In this document: positions 38,486 to 51,204 of the stretch, piece by piece
How positions within the stretch are numbered: position 1 is the stretch's first letter
How the letters are laid out: the number at the start of each line of letters is the position of its first letter
The notes under the pieces: model-generated
Seen by the model: only the letters and a program-made list of their open reading frames with translations
Database searches by the model: none
Told to the model about the DNA's origin: nothing
Source: Podarcis filfolensis
Lineage: Eukaryota
Assembly (NCBI GenBank): GCA_964270895.1
Contig: OZ185437.1
Strand: one strand, 5' to 3'
DNA length: 64,000 nucleotides
Position numbers and translations under genes: made by a program

Positions 38486-38715
38486 CAGTGGTACCTTAGG
38501 TTACATACGCTTCAGGTTACATACGCTTCAGGTTACAGACTCTGCTAACCCAGAAATAGTACCTTGGGTTAAGAACTTTGCTTCAGGATGAGAACAGAAA
38601 TCGTGCTCCGGCGGTGCAGCAGCAGCAGGAGGCCCCATTAGCTCAGGTTAAGAACAGTTTCAGGTTAAGAACGGACCTCCGGAATGAATTAAGTACTTAA
38701 CCCAAGGTACCACTG
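38486..38715. mobile_element. Tigger-like MITE
   Basis: Both TIRs and TA TSD. Confidence 0.92.
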
Positions 38716-38912
38716 TACTCTGAACCTGGCTTGCCTGGGGGTGGGGGGCGGGGGGGAATTGTTCTTCTCAGAGAATGTAATATGAAGCCTGAATGGCCAA
38801 ACGGGAGACATGACTCTGATCTGAAACAAAAGACTGAATCCAAGTAGAATACAGAATGGCAGTGATGCAGCTTGCATGCTCTAGTCCCCCACGCCCAAAT
38901 CAGGGTCCCTGC

Positions 38913-39230
38913 TAAGAAGATCCTGCTGGATTAAACCAATGGCCCATTAGTGTAGCACTCTGTTCTCACTGCGGCCAATCAGGTGCCTGTGGGAAACCTT
39001 CAGTCAGGATTTGAGCACACAAGTATTCTTTCTTCCTGTGGTCTCCAGCAACTGGCATTTGGAAGCATTTGTGCCTCTACCTGTGGAGGCAGATCATAGC
39101 CACCATGACTAGTAGCCATCAATTGCCCACCATTAATATGTCCAGTCCTCTTTTGAAACCATCACTGCCTCCTTTGGGAGTGAGTTCCAAAGTTTAACCA
39201 TGTGCTGTGTGAAGAAGTACTTTCTTTTAT
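38913..39230 (-). mobile_element. CR1 LINE 3' end
   Basis: taagaagatcctgctggatt...ggccaatcaggtgcc...gggagtgagttccaaagtttaaccatgtgctgtgtgaagaagtacttt resembles reverse CR1 3' consensus. Confidence 0.75.
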
Positions 39231-39839
39231 ATATCCTGGTGAGCTTCCTTGCTTCCTTCCTCAAGTGATCTGCTCTTCAGTTGGGGCCTTTTCTTTTCTC
39301 TCTCCCTGTGTAGCTGGGCTCTCTATCCAAAGTGGGCTTTTTTCTTCTCTCCTTCCCCACCCTGCCTAGTCAGGGTCTCTGTTTAACTGCTGAACTTCCC
39401 AACAGCTGAATCTACCTAGCCTGCAGGTATGTCTTCCACCTGTTCTCACAGCACAGATCTCTCCACAATCTGCATGGCACCAGGGAACCAAGAACCCGTG
39501 TCTGTTCATCGGCTGGTGTGGTTGTGGGCCACCCAGATGATACAGCTGTGAAATAGGCAGCAGTTCCCTTGCGGGGGCCTTCCTCATCTGTGTTGCCGGG
39601 CTCACCTACCCCTCCTGGGCATGCTGAGCCAATAGGAGCAGCTGTGTGTGTGTCAATTGGGTGCCTGAGGATGACAGTTCAAGAGGAGGAGGAGGTTGAG
39701 TCCAGCTTCTCCATCAGGGATAGAGACATGAGAAGAGAGTTAAATTGGGAGTTAGATTCCCAACTGCCCTGCTGCTGTCCACTTGGTGAGGGTCAGATGC
39801 AGCCAAATTAGGGGAGGGACCGTTGCTAAATACCAGGTA

Positions 39840-40081
39840 CAGTGGTACCTCGGGTTAAGAACTTAATTCGTTCTGGAGGTCCATTCTTAACCTGAAACTG
39901 TTCTTAACCTGAAGCACCACTTTAGCTAATGGGGCCTCCCACTGCTGCTGCGCCGCAGGAGCACGATTTCTGTTCTCATCCTGAAGCAAAGTTCTTGACC
40001 CGAGGTACTATTTCTGGGTTAGTGGAGTCTGTAACCTGAAGCATCTGTAACCTGAAGCGTCTGTAACCCGAGGTACCACTG
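39840..40081. mobile_element. Tigger-like MITE
   Basis: Both TIRs and TA TSD. Confidence 0.93.
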
Positions 40082-40199
40082 TACTCCTGAATTGGAAGCG
40101 GGTGGGTAGAAGCAGAGCCCCTGATGGCTCTGGAGCATTCAGTCGGACAGGATAATGCTGATGTTCGCAAGTGCGGTCAGGCCACGTTCTGGAGATAAC

Positions 40200-40894
40200 T
40201 TGTTGGTGACATCAGCACTCTCAGCTTTTGGGCTAGGAAGACACAGGAATCCAAGCATTAAGTGCTGTGACTTAGGGAAACAGCAACACATTGCAGTGGA
40301 GGCAACTCCCTGCCAGAGACCAGCCTGTCCTCACATGATCTTAGGATTGCCCAAGTGCCCCAGATGTCAACACACTTTTTGCTGATTGACCACTGGGCTC
40401 TCCCGGTCCCTGAGCTGTTGCCTGGCAGCAGCCCGTTCTCTCAGGCTGCAGCAGACAAAGGGCTGGGAAGTAGGACTACCCCACGTGCTCTGCTGACAGC
40501 CCAACTCTGTTAGGCTCCCAGTCGCCTTGAACTGTTTCCATTCAAGCTGGTCATTATAAGAAACATGAACCTTTAAGAGCTGGTGCCTGATTCTATTTGT
40601 TTTCCTTTTCCCTCCTCTTCCTCTTGTCCTTTTCTGCCATGTCATTTAGATTTTAAGCAGGAAGACAGGGACTGCCGTCTTTGTTACTGATCTTATGTAA
40701 GCAGGTCTGGGGCCCTTTTTGGTTGAAGAGCAGAGTAAAAATGCTTTTAACCAAAGAAATAAAACTCAGGCTGGTCTCTGGCAGGGAGTTGCCTCTGCTG
40801 CAATGTGTTGCTGTTTCCATAAGTCACAGCACTTAATGCTTGGATTCCTGTGTCTTCCTAGCCCAAAAGCTGAGAGTGCTGATGTCATTGACAA
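40200..40894. repeat. Long inverted repeat: arms 40200-40327 and 40767-40894, 439-bp spacer
   Basis: Manual alignment: 122 of 128 positions complementary, no indels. Confidence 0.97.
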
Positions 40895-41815
40895 TGGTGT
40901 GTCTCGTGCAAAGTTGAGAATAGGAACTGCACCAAGATTATGGACTAGCTGGCCACTTTCTCACCCCCTTGTCCTGCATTTGAATAGCAATTCAATAAAT
41001 GTTGGGTGCTCATATAGCGCACTGATTTTAATTCTTAGATCAGGGAGGAACAGATTAAAAATCATCCGTAAAAGTGCCCCATACAACAGAAAACCAACCA
41101 AAACACATTAATTCCTCACCTACAGCTGTCTTAACTCTTCCCACCCCCAATACCACTCCATCATGCCCAAGTTAAAATGTTAATATTTGCTTTTGAAAGA
41201 TGCACAGGCTCATCCTTAGACAAGGCTCCAAAGACACCGAGTTCAATAGATGGAACATCATATTGTCAGCTTACATCAGCTTTGTCTTTAGACTGGGATG
41301 ATTATATGGTATCCAAAAATCATTTTTGTGTTTGTCCTTTTAAACTGTTGATACTCTTTACATTTAATCCTGTTTATGCCCTGTAGCTGTGACTGAATCA
41401 GTTTATACCTTGTAGGTTCTATCAGCAGCAGCATTAAAAACATGTGGGTTTTGTTTTGTTTTTGTTTTGTTTTTTACAAAGCAGTCAGGCGGAATATTTT
41501 CTTTCTTTCATAACATCTCAGTGGTTTATCACATGTCACAAGCCAACTTATATCCAAAGTTCAATGGTTCAAATCAAAATGCATAGGTCTTTAGAAACCA
41601 GAGTTACAAGCCAACAAGAAGCAGATCTAGCCTATTAATAGACTTCCTGGTGTGTCAAACCAAGACAATCTCAAGAAATACACCAAAAGAGAGCGCAGCA
41701 AAATAAAACCCTTATCTGGTACCACCTTTTATGGTGTCGTCTAAGTTTTCCTTGTATCATCTCTTAATGGGCAATCTGATTTCAATGGCGATATAATACA
41801 GAAATTGTTCTTCTC

Positions 41816-42174
41816 TTAAAGGTAAAGGGACCCCTGACAATTAAGTCCAGTCGCGAATGACTCTGGGGTTGTGGCGCTCATCTCGCTTTACAAGCCGAGG
41901 GAGCCAGCGTTTGTCTGCTTCAGCAGACAGTTTTTCCGGGTCATGTGGCCAGCATGACTAAGCCGCTTCTGGCGAAACCAGAGCAGCACATGGAAATGCC
42001 GTTTGCCTTCCCGCCGGAGCGGTACCTATTTATCTACTTGCACTGGCATGCTTTCAAACTGCTAGGTGGGCAGGAGCTGGGACCAAGCAATGGGAGCGGG
42101 GATTTGAACCGCCGACCTTTCGATTGGCAAGCCCAAGCAGCACAGTAGTTTAACCCACAGTGCCACCCATGTCC
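41816..42174 (-). mobile_element. Sauria SINE
   Basis: Same tail, body and B-box as 31832-32181. Confidence 0.93.
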
Positions 42175-45038
42175 AGGAATACCCCTACTAGGATGAAAAA
42201 GCTAACGGGAAAAGCCAGAGAATCCATAATTTATTTGCTGAACACCCCCAATCCACCCCATTTTAGATATTGAAATCTATTCCTCTTTTCCAGTTCAATG
42301 GGCTATTCCACCCAAGCAGTAATAAGGATAAATTATTTCTAGGAAATCTAAATAAACCCAAACTCTTAATGACTCATGCTGGCTGGGGTTCATGGATATG
42401 GGAGTCCAACATCATCTGGAAGACCATAGGTTCCCTACTTCTGGTGTAACATATTCTGACTTTTCTAAAGATTGTATATCTGGATATATTTGTACTGTAT
42501 TCTACAAATTTCTGGTATAGCCAGTCCATTCTGTTTTAGTTTCCTTTCTGTAATTCACTCATTTCTGTTGGATTTTCAGGACAATTCCTCACTTCCATGA
42601 ATTTGGAAGGTTCATGGTCAATGTCTCCAAACAACTCAACAATGCTTACATCTTACACCAGATCTTAGATGCCACTTGGAGTGAAAATGCCAGCCCAGAA
42701 GCATCCATGAATGCTCATAACAGCTGCGATGCAAGTGCTCAAGCAGAGGTCTGATTCAGTCCCTAGTGTTTCAGCACCTGTTGCGTACAGCACCAGCAGA
42801 GGAATATTTAAATCAGATCCTGTGTACTTCAGATGCAGAACACTGAGTCATAGGATCAGACTGTCAGGAATATACAATGAATACTCAGAATCCCCGAGAG
42901 ACAGATGGGCCCAATTGTTCAAGCAGTGACTCCAGCAACTATGGGTCATGTGTCACGAGGGTCAGCCGGCTGCATGGTGTGCTTCACCACTGTATGGAGA
43001 AGCCATCACCTTCCATACAACAATAGATGAATGATTTGCATGCCCTTTCCTTCTTTGAGATGGCAATGGGTCAATCTGAGTACAAAGAACAGAAATATGA
43101 GAGCATTTGGTCAGTTTTTCTTGACACTTTTACATCGTAGCTGACAGTCCAATACATTCATTTGTCCCATTTATGTGGCCAAGATGCCTTAAACCATGTC
43201 CTCCTTTTCTATATTAACTCTCCCTTTTTATTTATTTTTGTTTGAATTTTAATTTATTTGCATAGTACACAAAATGGCAATTAAACATCCTCGAGGGTTT
43301 TTGTTATTTTAATTCTATTTTATTGCTGTTGTTAAAAGCAGTGACCCTAGTGGTGGCTTCATAAATTTTAACACGTGGTGAAAAGCAGATGAACAAGAGA
43401 TCTCTACAAAATGTGGTCATGCACAAAAAGTGAATTTGTACAACTCCTCCGTGAGGAGATGGCATGCCTGAGTTTCCCTTTCAGACATACATTTCCTGGC
43501 TACAGGGAGATGAACAAGTTTCTACAAGGCAACATGAAGTTAAAAGTCATTGTGATACTGTAGTAGTGCCAGATCTTTAATTAGGAGACCTACCACACAG
43601 GGTTATTGGGAGGATAACATGGTAGAAGCCCCATGTGAGCAACCCCTGAAGGAAGCATGGGATGCAAATGTTATTAATTAAAAGCCCAACTTCACTCACA
43701 AATCTGCCTCTTGCCAATTTGCAATGTGTGAACACACTCCGATTCATGTCCATGCAAAAATTTGTCGCTCAGATTCAGAGGCAAGCTTGTCTCCCTTTTA
43801 CTTCTATTGTATGACACAGAAAAACAACCACTCATTTACATCTTTTGTCTTTGCCAAGCTTTACAGATTTATCTTAAGCTCCTCGATCATGACTCTCCAT
43901 GACGGGAAGTAACACTTTGACAGTTGATGTGATCGGCTGTCAGATCAGAACTGAACACACTGTGCTGCCTCTTGGGCCAATGAGAACTGAATGAAATGCT
44001 TCTGTCTGCCTACGTTCAAATGCCAACATGGCTTAGATCTGGAAACCTACCAGAAAAAACATGGAACAAAAGTTCTCTATGACAGTAGTACTCCATGCTC
44101 CAAACTATGTTTTGATGTGTATTGGCAAACAGAGCCAAACCAAACAATAACTACACTGTTTTCAGTCTTCTGAAGCAACTTCATTTATTTGCATTTGCTC
44201 CAGCCAGGGTGGAGCTGGACAAATTAGACAGAGTTGGGTTTGATTCACTGAACTTAGCAATGTCAAGATTTGTGGGTTGTTGTTTTTTTTAAAGCAACGA
44301 AAAAGCACAAAAGCATCTACTTTAAAAAGTACTTTAAAAACAATTGACTACAGCCCTCTAGCGCTACCAAAACAAGACTGCGTTCCATCTTTGAAGCAAT
44401 GACACCATCTGGTGGTCAAACAAATGCATATTTTCTTTTCGTTGGCATGTTACAGTCGCCAAACTTTTCTTCTGTGCCCCTTCAGCACTGCTTTCCAAGT
44501 TATTTCCAGCGAACACTGAGGTTCCTCAGTCAATGTTATCAGGTGTCTTCACGGAGAAGATCCATAATGGACGTGGACACGCTTCCCTGAAAGATAATGT
44601 GAAATAGGCAGTTTTCCCATACAGTTTTCACCCATGGTGGAAACTTGGGTGTGGCTTGCAGTGGGACAAGGCCCAACAAGCCTGGAAAGAAACTCCTTTG
44701 AACCAACTGGACTATTTAGAATGCTTCCCAGAATCCTCTGCCATATACATAAGTTCCAGGACAGAGACAAAGAGATTCCTTGAATGGCAAGCTGGCACAG
44801 AAAGGGTCCTCTTTAAAGTATAAAAACATTACCTTTCCTCCACAACCACCCTGTTTTCCGATATAGAACCTTACTAGTCTCATTTCTATAACATTTATTT
44901 ATGTGTAAAAAATTATGTCACCCAATGTAATAAAAAATATATCTAAGTGGCTTACATAAAAACAAGTTCAAAACAGAACAAAACAGATAAAACTGGGCAG
45001 TACACAGAAACAGAGAATTAAAAATTAAGAATCAGAGT

Positions 45039-45213
45039 CAGTGCTTTTTTTCCTAAAAAAATGTTTAAGAGTACTCCATTTTGACTCAAGAAAATCACCA
45101 TTTTATAGTTCAAATGAGGAAAAATAAATACAGTAAATAGACAAAAGTACCAAGATTCACAAAATGTTTAGGGTATGCATCCCCCTGCGTCCCCACAGGG
45201 GGGAAAAGCACTG
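45039..45213. mobile_element. hAT-like MITE with 8-bp TSD
   Basis: TIR cagtgctttt/aaaagcactg; TSD atcagagt and gtcagagt (1 mismatch). Confidence 0.85.
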
Positions 45214-45900
45214 GTCAGAGTCCGGGAAAGGTTGGGTGAGCATGCAAGTCTTTAAGAGGTGTTTAAATGCTTTTATTGTCTGTGCCTCAGGAATTACCCA
45301 AGGGTGGACATTCCAGTGAGGAGTTGCTATCACTGAGAAGGTCCACTTCCATGTGTCACCAAGTGACCATCTGCTGGCTTGGTCTGTACTGGTACAGGTA
45401 GCCTGCTCCCAAGTGGTTTGGGACTTTGAATGTAATCAACAAAACTGAACTTTGTAGCTAATAGGCAACTAGCAGATCTATCAACACTGCAGCAATATGT
45501 GCATAAACCTGGATGTCCCACAAAGCACCCTAGCAACTGCTTTCTGCACTGGCTGCAGCTTCTGAACCAGGCAGAAGGGTAGGCCCACATATAGCACATT
45601 ACAGTAGCCTAATTCTCAGGTCACCAGTTCATAGGCTACTGTAGGAAGGCTATCCCTGTCCAGGAATGGTTCCCTCCCTAACAAAAATTGGTAATGGGCA
45701 TTCCTAGCCACTAGTGACAGTGATGGATGTAAGAACACCACCAAAAGATACTCCTTCAGAGGGAGCACAACCACATCCTGGGCGGGTGCCCAAGCTAGTT
45801 CAGAAATCTTGGAGCCACGCATCCATAGAGTCACCCTCTTGTCAGAATACAGTCAATTTATCAGGTCTCATCCAGCCCATGACTGCATCCTGACACCACT
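45214..45900 (-). mobile_element. Old L2 LINE RT fragment
   Basis: Minus translation PLKE...HPSLSLVARNAHYQ...PFLDRDSL...LGYCNVLYVGLP...QKLQPVQKAVARVL. Confidence 0.85.
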
Positions 45901-46379
45901 CTAGTTTTAGGGCATTCATGGCCTCCCCTGGTTCAGCTGTTACAGAGAAATAGAGATGAACATGCTAAATGACTTGAGCCTGACATGCTCCAAAGCTCAC
46001 TTCCTCCCTTACATTCCATCACAATCACTGAGTTTAACTAAAGAAGGAGCAATCCACATAATATATGCCACTGCGGTTGTGGGGAGCTCACTATGGAGCT
46101 TGCAGGCTGAGTGGGTGTTGAAAAATGCCTTTTCTTACTAACCTTCACTTGTGTTCAACCCCAGTTACCTAAAACATTCAGCAATCACCAAACTGGATAG
46201 CAAGCACTACCACCACTCTAACTGGATACTTAATAAATCATTATTAAAAAAAACACAACCATCCTAGCTGTCCTGTAGGCAAATCCCAAAAGCTATCTGG
46301 CTTCCAGAAATAGATACACAAGCAAGTACCTAAGTATGGATAGGCATAGACTATGGTATAAAACTCTGAGGCACAGTAA

Positions 46380-46885
46380 AACAGAAAAGCTTCAGTTTTA
46401 GGAACTCAGCTTTCATGCCAATTTCTCCTAATAAAACACATTTTTGTATGCAGTTTTGCCTTAACATTTTGCAACCGATTTCCCCTGATTTGATGCATTT
46501 TTGTATTTTATTTTCGCCAATATTTTCATTTTTATGCACACTTTTACTTAATACGTGCAGTTTTGTAAACATTGTTTGGTTGGAGAGATCCACTTACCTT
46601 TAATGGTCAGGTGACATTGTGGCCTGGCCACAGCCACATTCATGATCTGGCTGGGGAGCATTGCAGGCCTACCTGCAGATTGGCCAATAGCAGCCAGGCC
46701 TGGATGTGGGCATTTCCCAGGAGGCAGTCCTGGCCAGCCAATGGGCATGCTCAGGGCCACCTCAGGGGGAGGGGGATAAATCGTGGCCTAGCCAGGACAC
46801 CTCTTCAGTTTTTCATCTTGGCGAGTTGCATTGCAAAATTCAGGTAAGTGCACATTTCAAAGGATGACTATGTTTTGATTCTTAT
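46380..46885. mobile_element. Old hAT-like element carrying a GC-rich ~220-bp LTR-like insert (~46588-46810)
   Basis: Flanks match the 48414 family; the insert has two CCAAT boxes and ggggataaat. Confidence 0.5.
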
Positions 46886-46895
46886 ATTGTTTTAA

Positions 46896-47721
46896 AAGAA
46901 GAAGAAGAAGAAGAAGAAGAAGAAGAAGAAGAAGAAGAAGAAGAATTTAGTATTTATACCCCACCCATCTGGCTGGGTTTCCCCAGCCACTCTGGGTGGC
47001 TCCCAAAAGAATATTAAAAACACGCTAAAACATTAAACATTTAAAACTTCCCTAAACAGGGTTGCCTTCAGATGTCTTCTAAAAGTCAGATAGTTGTTTA
47101 TTTCCTTGACATCTGATGGGAAGGCGTTCCACAGGGCGGGCACCACTACCCAGAAGACCCTCTGCCTGGTTCCCTGTAACCTCACTTCTCGCAGTGAGGG
47201 AACTGTGAGAAGGCCCTCTCAGGAGGACCTCGGAGAACGATGGGGGTGGAGATGCTCCTTCTGGTATACTGGGCCGAGGCCGTTTAGGGCTTTAAAGTAA
47301 GGTTACCAGACATCCCTATTTCCCAGGGACAGTCCCCGGATTTACAAATCTGTTCCCTGACAAAATCCATCTATTTAGTAGGAAGTTGAAAAGTGTCCCC
47401 GGATTCATTGAAAAAAATCTGGCAACCTTACTTTAAAGGTCAGCACCAACACTTTAAATTGTGCTCGGAAACGTACTGGGAGCCAATGTAGGTCTTTCAG
47501 GACCAGTGTTCTTTGGTCCCGGCAGCCACCTCCAGTCACCAGTCTAGCTGCTGCATTCTTGATTAGTTGTAGTTTCCGGGTCACCTTCAAAGGTAGCCCC
47601 ATGTAGAGTGCATTTCAGTAGTCCAAGTGGGAGATAGCCAGAGCATGCACCACTCTGGCGAGACAGTCTATGGGCAGGTAAGGTCTCACCCTGTGTACCA
47701 GATAGAGCTGGTAGACAGCTG
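46896..47721 (-). mobile_element. L2 LINE 3' fragment with (GAA)n tail
   Basis: (GAA)n 46896-46945; GLPLKVTRKLQLIKNAAARLVTG...LHWLPVRFRAQFKVLVLTFK. Confidence 0.92.
47298..47430. mobile_element. hAT-like MITE (133 bp) inserted in L2
   Basis: TIR taaggttaccaga/tctggcaacctta; perfect 8-bp TSD ctttaaag at 47290-47297 and 47431-47438. Confidence 0.92.
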
Positions 47722-47920
47722 TATGGATTTGATAGATTTGCCTTCAAATGTGTCAAAAAGTAAGCAGAGCACTCCTGTCAGCAGGTTTCATCTGGACAGT
47801 ACACCATTCAGCACTTTGTTTCCTTACCAAATCAAGAAAAGCTTCGGGCATTATCGAATATTTGTTTCCTTCTGATTCTCCATATTTTATTTTGTTTGTG
47901 GTAATAGGAAGGGATTACTC

Positions 47921-48175
47921 TAGAAGAAGAAGGAGAGGAGTTTGGATTTGATATCCCGCTTTATCACTACCTTAAAGAGTCTCAAAGCGGCTAACAATCT
48001 CCTTTCCCTTCCTCCCCCACAACAGACACCCTGTGAGATGGGTGGGGCTGAGAGATTTCAGAGAAGTGTGACTAACCCAAGGTCACCCAGCAGCTGCATG
48101 TGGAGGAGCGGAGACGCGAACCCGGTTCAGCAGATTATGAGTCTACCTCTCCTAACCACTACACCACACTGGCTC
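47921..48175 (-). mobile_element. Squam3-like SINE
   Basis: Reverse copy of 364-598 with a (GAA)-type tail. Confidence 0.88.
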
Positions 48176-48413
48176 TAGAATGGCCAGGGATTACGGAGTT
48201 GTAATTCAGCAACTCTTGGAGGTTGAGGCATTTAGAGCCACTTCTTTGTGTACTCTCCTATTTTGACTTCAAGTTTTGTTACATTTTGATCCAAGCCTTC
48301 ATCTAAACAGCTCAAAATGGCATATCATGTTATTCTCTCTTGGCTGCTCACAAAAGCCCTGTGCAGTAAGGTGAGGCTGAGAGAGACTGACAGGCCCAAG
48401 GCCACCTAGTAGG

Positions 48414-48850
48414 TAGGGATGGGCAATTTGACTCACTGTTCATTTAAAGGTGACCTGCCCTAATCAAGACTTTCTGAAACAATGCACAAACTGAAACACA
48501 GTCATCCTTTGACATCTGCACTTCTCTGAGTTTTGCAGTGCAGTTCTCCAGCCAACAGATGTGTACAAAAAGCTTACACTGGGGCAAAGAGTGTATACAA
48601 ATACATGTATTATTGAGAACAGCATACAAAATTCATTATATTACAGGAAATTTCTTGCCAAAATACTCACATTAGGCAAAATTGCATTAAAATGTGCATA
48701 TTAAGAGAAATTTGTGTTAAACACTAAAGAATTTTGATGAGGACTTTTTAAAAAAAAGATCCTCAAACTGATGTGGAAATGAAGGCAAACTGAACTTAAG
48801 AGAAATGAGAAACTGAGAGAGAGAAACCGAAACCGATTTGCCCACCCTTA
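48414..48850. mobile_element. Old hAT-like non-autonomous element (~437 bp), most complete copy
   Basis: Ends tagggatgggcaa and ttgcccaccctta; TSD not preserved. Confidence 0.7.
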
Positions 48851-49025
48851 CCCAGAAGTCCAATGTTTTATCCACTATGCTACACAATTTTTATTTCTAT
48901 GCAGGCAGGTCTGGCTGCATTGCTTAAATTTGACCAAAAGAGGCCACTGTCCTCTCTCCCACCATTCTGGTTTTTAGGCACTATTGCTCTGATTAAACAT
49001 CTCTCTCTCTTGCTCTCTCGTTGTA

Positions 49026-49267
49026 CAGTGGTACCTCAGTTTTTGAACATCTCTGTTGACGAACATTTCGATTTTTGAACGCCGTAAACTCGGAAGTAAA
49101 TGCTTCGATTTTCAAAAATGCCTCGGAAGTCGAACATGCCACACGGCTTCCGCTGAGTGCAAGATCCTGAGGCCTAGCTGTCGGCGACTGAGTTTTCGGT
49201 TTTCAAACATTTCAGAACTCAAATGGTCCTCCGGAATGGATTACATTCGAAAACCGAAGTACCACTG
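49026..49267. mobile_element. Tigger-like MITE, second family (ttcga-rich subterminal repeats)
   Basis: ta|cagtggtacctcagtttt...ccgaagtaccactg|ta; interior differs from the main family. Confidence 0.85.
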
Positions 49268-50051
49268 TATCTTTAAAACTGTTTAAATGCCAACAAACCT
49301 TAATGAAGTAACTTATTTGTGTGATCTTTTGTACATGCCCTAGATATCCTGCCCCCGATCCTTGAAGTCTCACCTGGATCTTTCAGTCTCTGAAGGCTTC
49401 CAGATATCTTTGCATGCAATCCTTTTTATTTTCAGGTTCACTTAAGAGGGTGACCAAGGATAACCAAGAACCTGCTTATGGAACCAGGTGAGCAGATGTT
49501 CCAAAATAATTTTCGCAGTTTTGAAACCTGCTTTTTAAAGAGTGTACTAACCCTTTGCCTCCTCCAGATTTGGGTACATCTAGCCTTTCAAGTGAGGCAT
49601 TTGGATGTTTTGTTATAAATGGTTCATTAAAGTACCACACATTCCAACAAATTGTAACAGTTGCCCTGCCAGTTTCCCTTTCCAAAGCACCTACCCGCAC
49701 CCCAGCACACTAACCCATTCCACAACTGCAATTCAGTAACAAATTCAAGTTTCAGATAGAGAAAAGTCATTGCTAAATACATAGCTAATTCATCTTTGTC
49801 ACAAATGTGTAGGTCACAACGTGTACAGATTAGCCTATGAAGCTAATTCAAGTCAGCACCAGAACACCTAATTATCGCTACCAAAACATTATTGCCAGAA
49901 CTGTGTTAACCCTAATTTCATGTTTAAGGAATCTTTGTATAGAAAGATGCTAGTAAGAGTATTTTAAACTTGAGTGGGTGGTTTTAACTGATCTGAAGAT
50001 AGATGTAGGTGGAATTACTATTAAGAAGGTGACATAATAATGTGTACAGTA

Positions 50052-50250
50052 CAGTGGTACCTCGGGTTAAGAACTTAATTCGTTCTGGAGGTCCGTTCTT
50101 AACCTGAAACTGTTCTTAACCTGAGGTACCACTTTAGCTGCCGCCGCGCGATTTCTGTTCCCATCCTGAAGCAAAGTTCTTAACCTGAGGTACTATTTCT
50201 GGGTTAGCGGAGTCTGTAACCTGAAGCGTATGTAACCTGAGGTACCACTG
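50052..50250. mobile_element. Tigger-like MITE
   Basis: Both TIRs and TA TSD. Confidence 0.93.
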
Positions 50251-50489
50251 TACTATAATTTCCTGTTATTAGTAATTTGATTATGTAATAATCCAGTATG
50301 TACACAATTCTGCTAAGACCCACTCTGTTGATATATTCAGTTCATAGTTTGTGAGCACTGCTCTTTGTGGATGGATTAAGAAAATCAATATTCAATACAG
50401 TACTTATTGGGGGGGCAGCCGTCCCATTCACACACTTACCCAGAGTGCAGCAGCCATATCCCAAGGCTATAATTTTATGTTACTTATAA

Positions 50490-50638
50490 AATCATAGAAT
50501 CATAAAATTGTAGAGTTGGGAGGGACCCCAAGGGCCATCTAGTCCAACCCCCTGCCATGCAGGAATCTCAGCTAAAGCATCCATGACAGATAGCCATCCA
50601 ACCTCTGCTTAAAAATCTCCAAGGAAGGAGAGTCCACA
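50490..50638 (-). mobile_element. CR1 LINE 3' terminus
   Basis: (atcataga)n tail, then gtagagttgggagggacccc...catctagtccaaccccctg. Confidence 0.88.
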
Positions 50639-50734
50639 TGATGAGCATTTTACCAGGACAAGGGGTGACAGCTGAAGCAAATCAAGAACAAAAAACACCC
50701 CACCATGTGATTTGAAATATTGCCACATATTCCT

Positions 50735-50962
50735 GAGCCAGTGTGGTGTAGTGGTTAGGGTGTTGGGTTGGGACCTAAGAGACCAGAGTTCAAATCCTCA
50801 CTCAGCCATGAAGCTTGCTAGGTGACCTTGAGCCAGTCACAATCTCTCAGCATGCCCTCCCTCACAGGGTTGTTGTGATGATAAAATGAGGAGGGAGGAA
50901 AACCATGTATGCCACCTTGAGCTCCTTGGAGAAAAGGCAGGATATAAATGTAATAATAAATA
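50735..50962 (+). mobile_element. Older tRNA/L2-tail SINE (Squam3/MIR-related)
   Basis: gagccagtgtggtgtagtggttaggg, B-box gagttcaaatcc, ggtgaccttgagccagtcac, AT-rich tail. Confidence 0.8.
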
Positions 50963-51204
50963 CAGCGGTACCTTGGGTTACATGTGCTTCAGGTTACATA
51001 CCCTTCAGGTTACAGACTCCGCTAAGCCAGAAATAGTACCTCGGGTTAAGAACTTTGCTTCAGGATGAGAACAGAAATCAGGCTCTGGCGGCGCGGCGGC
51101 AGCGGGAGGCCCCATTAGCTAAAGTGGTGCTTCAGGTTAAGAACAGTTTCAGGTTAAGAACAGACCTCCAGAACGAATTAAGTACTTAACCCGAGGTACC
51201 ACTG
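50963..51204. mobile_element. Tigger-like MITE inserted at a TA in the SINE tail
   Basis: Both TIRs and TA TSD. Confidence 0.92.
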
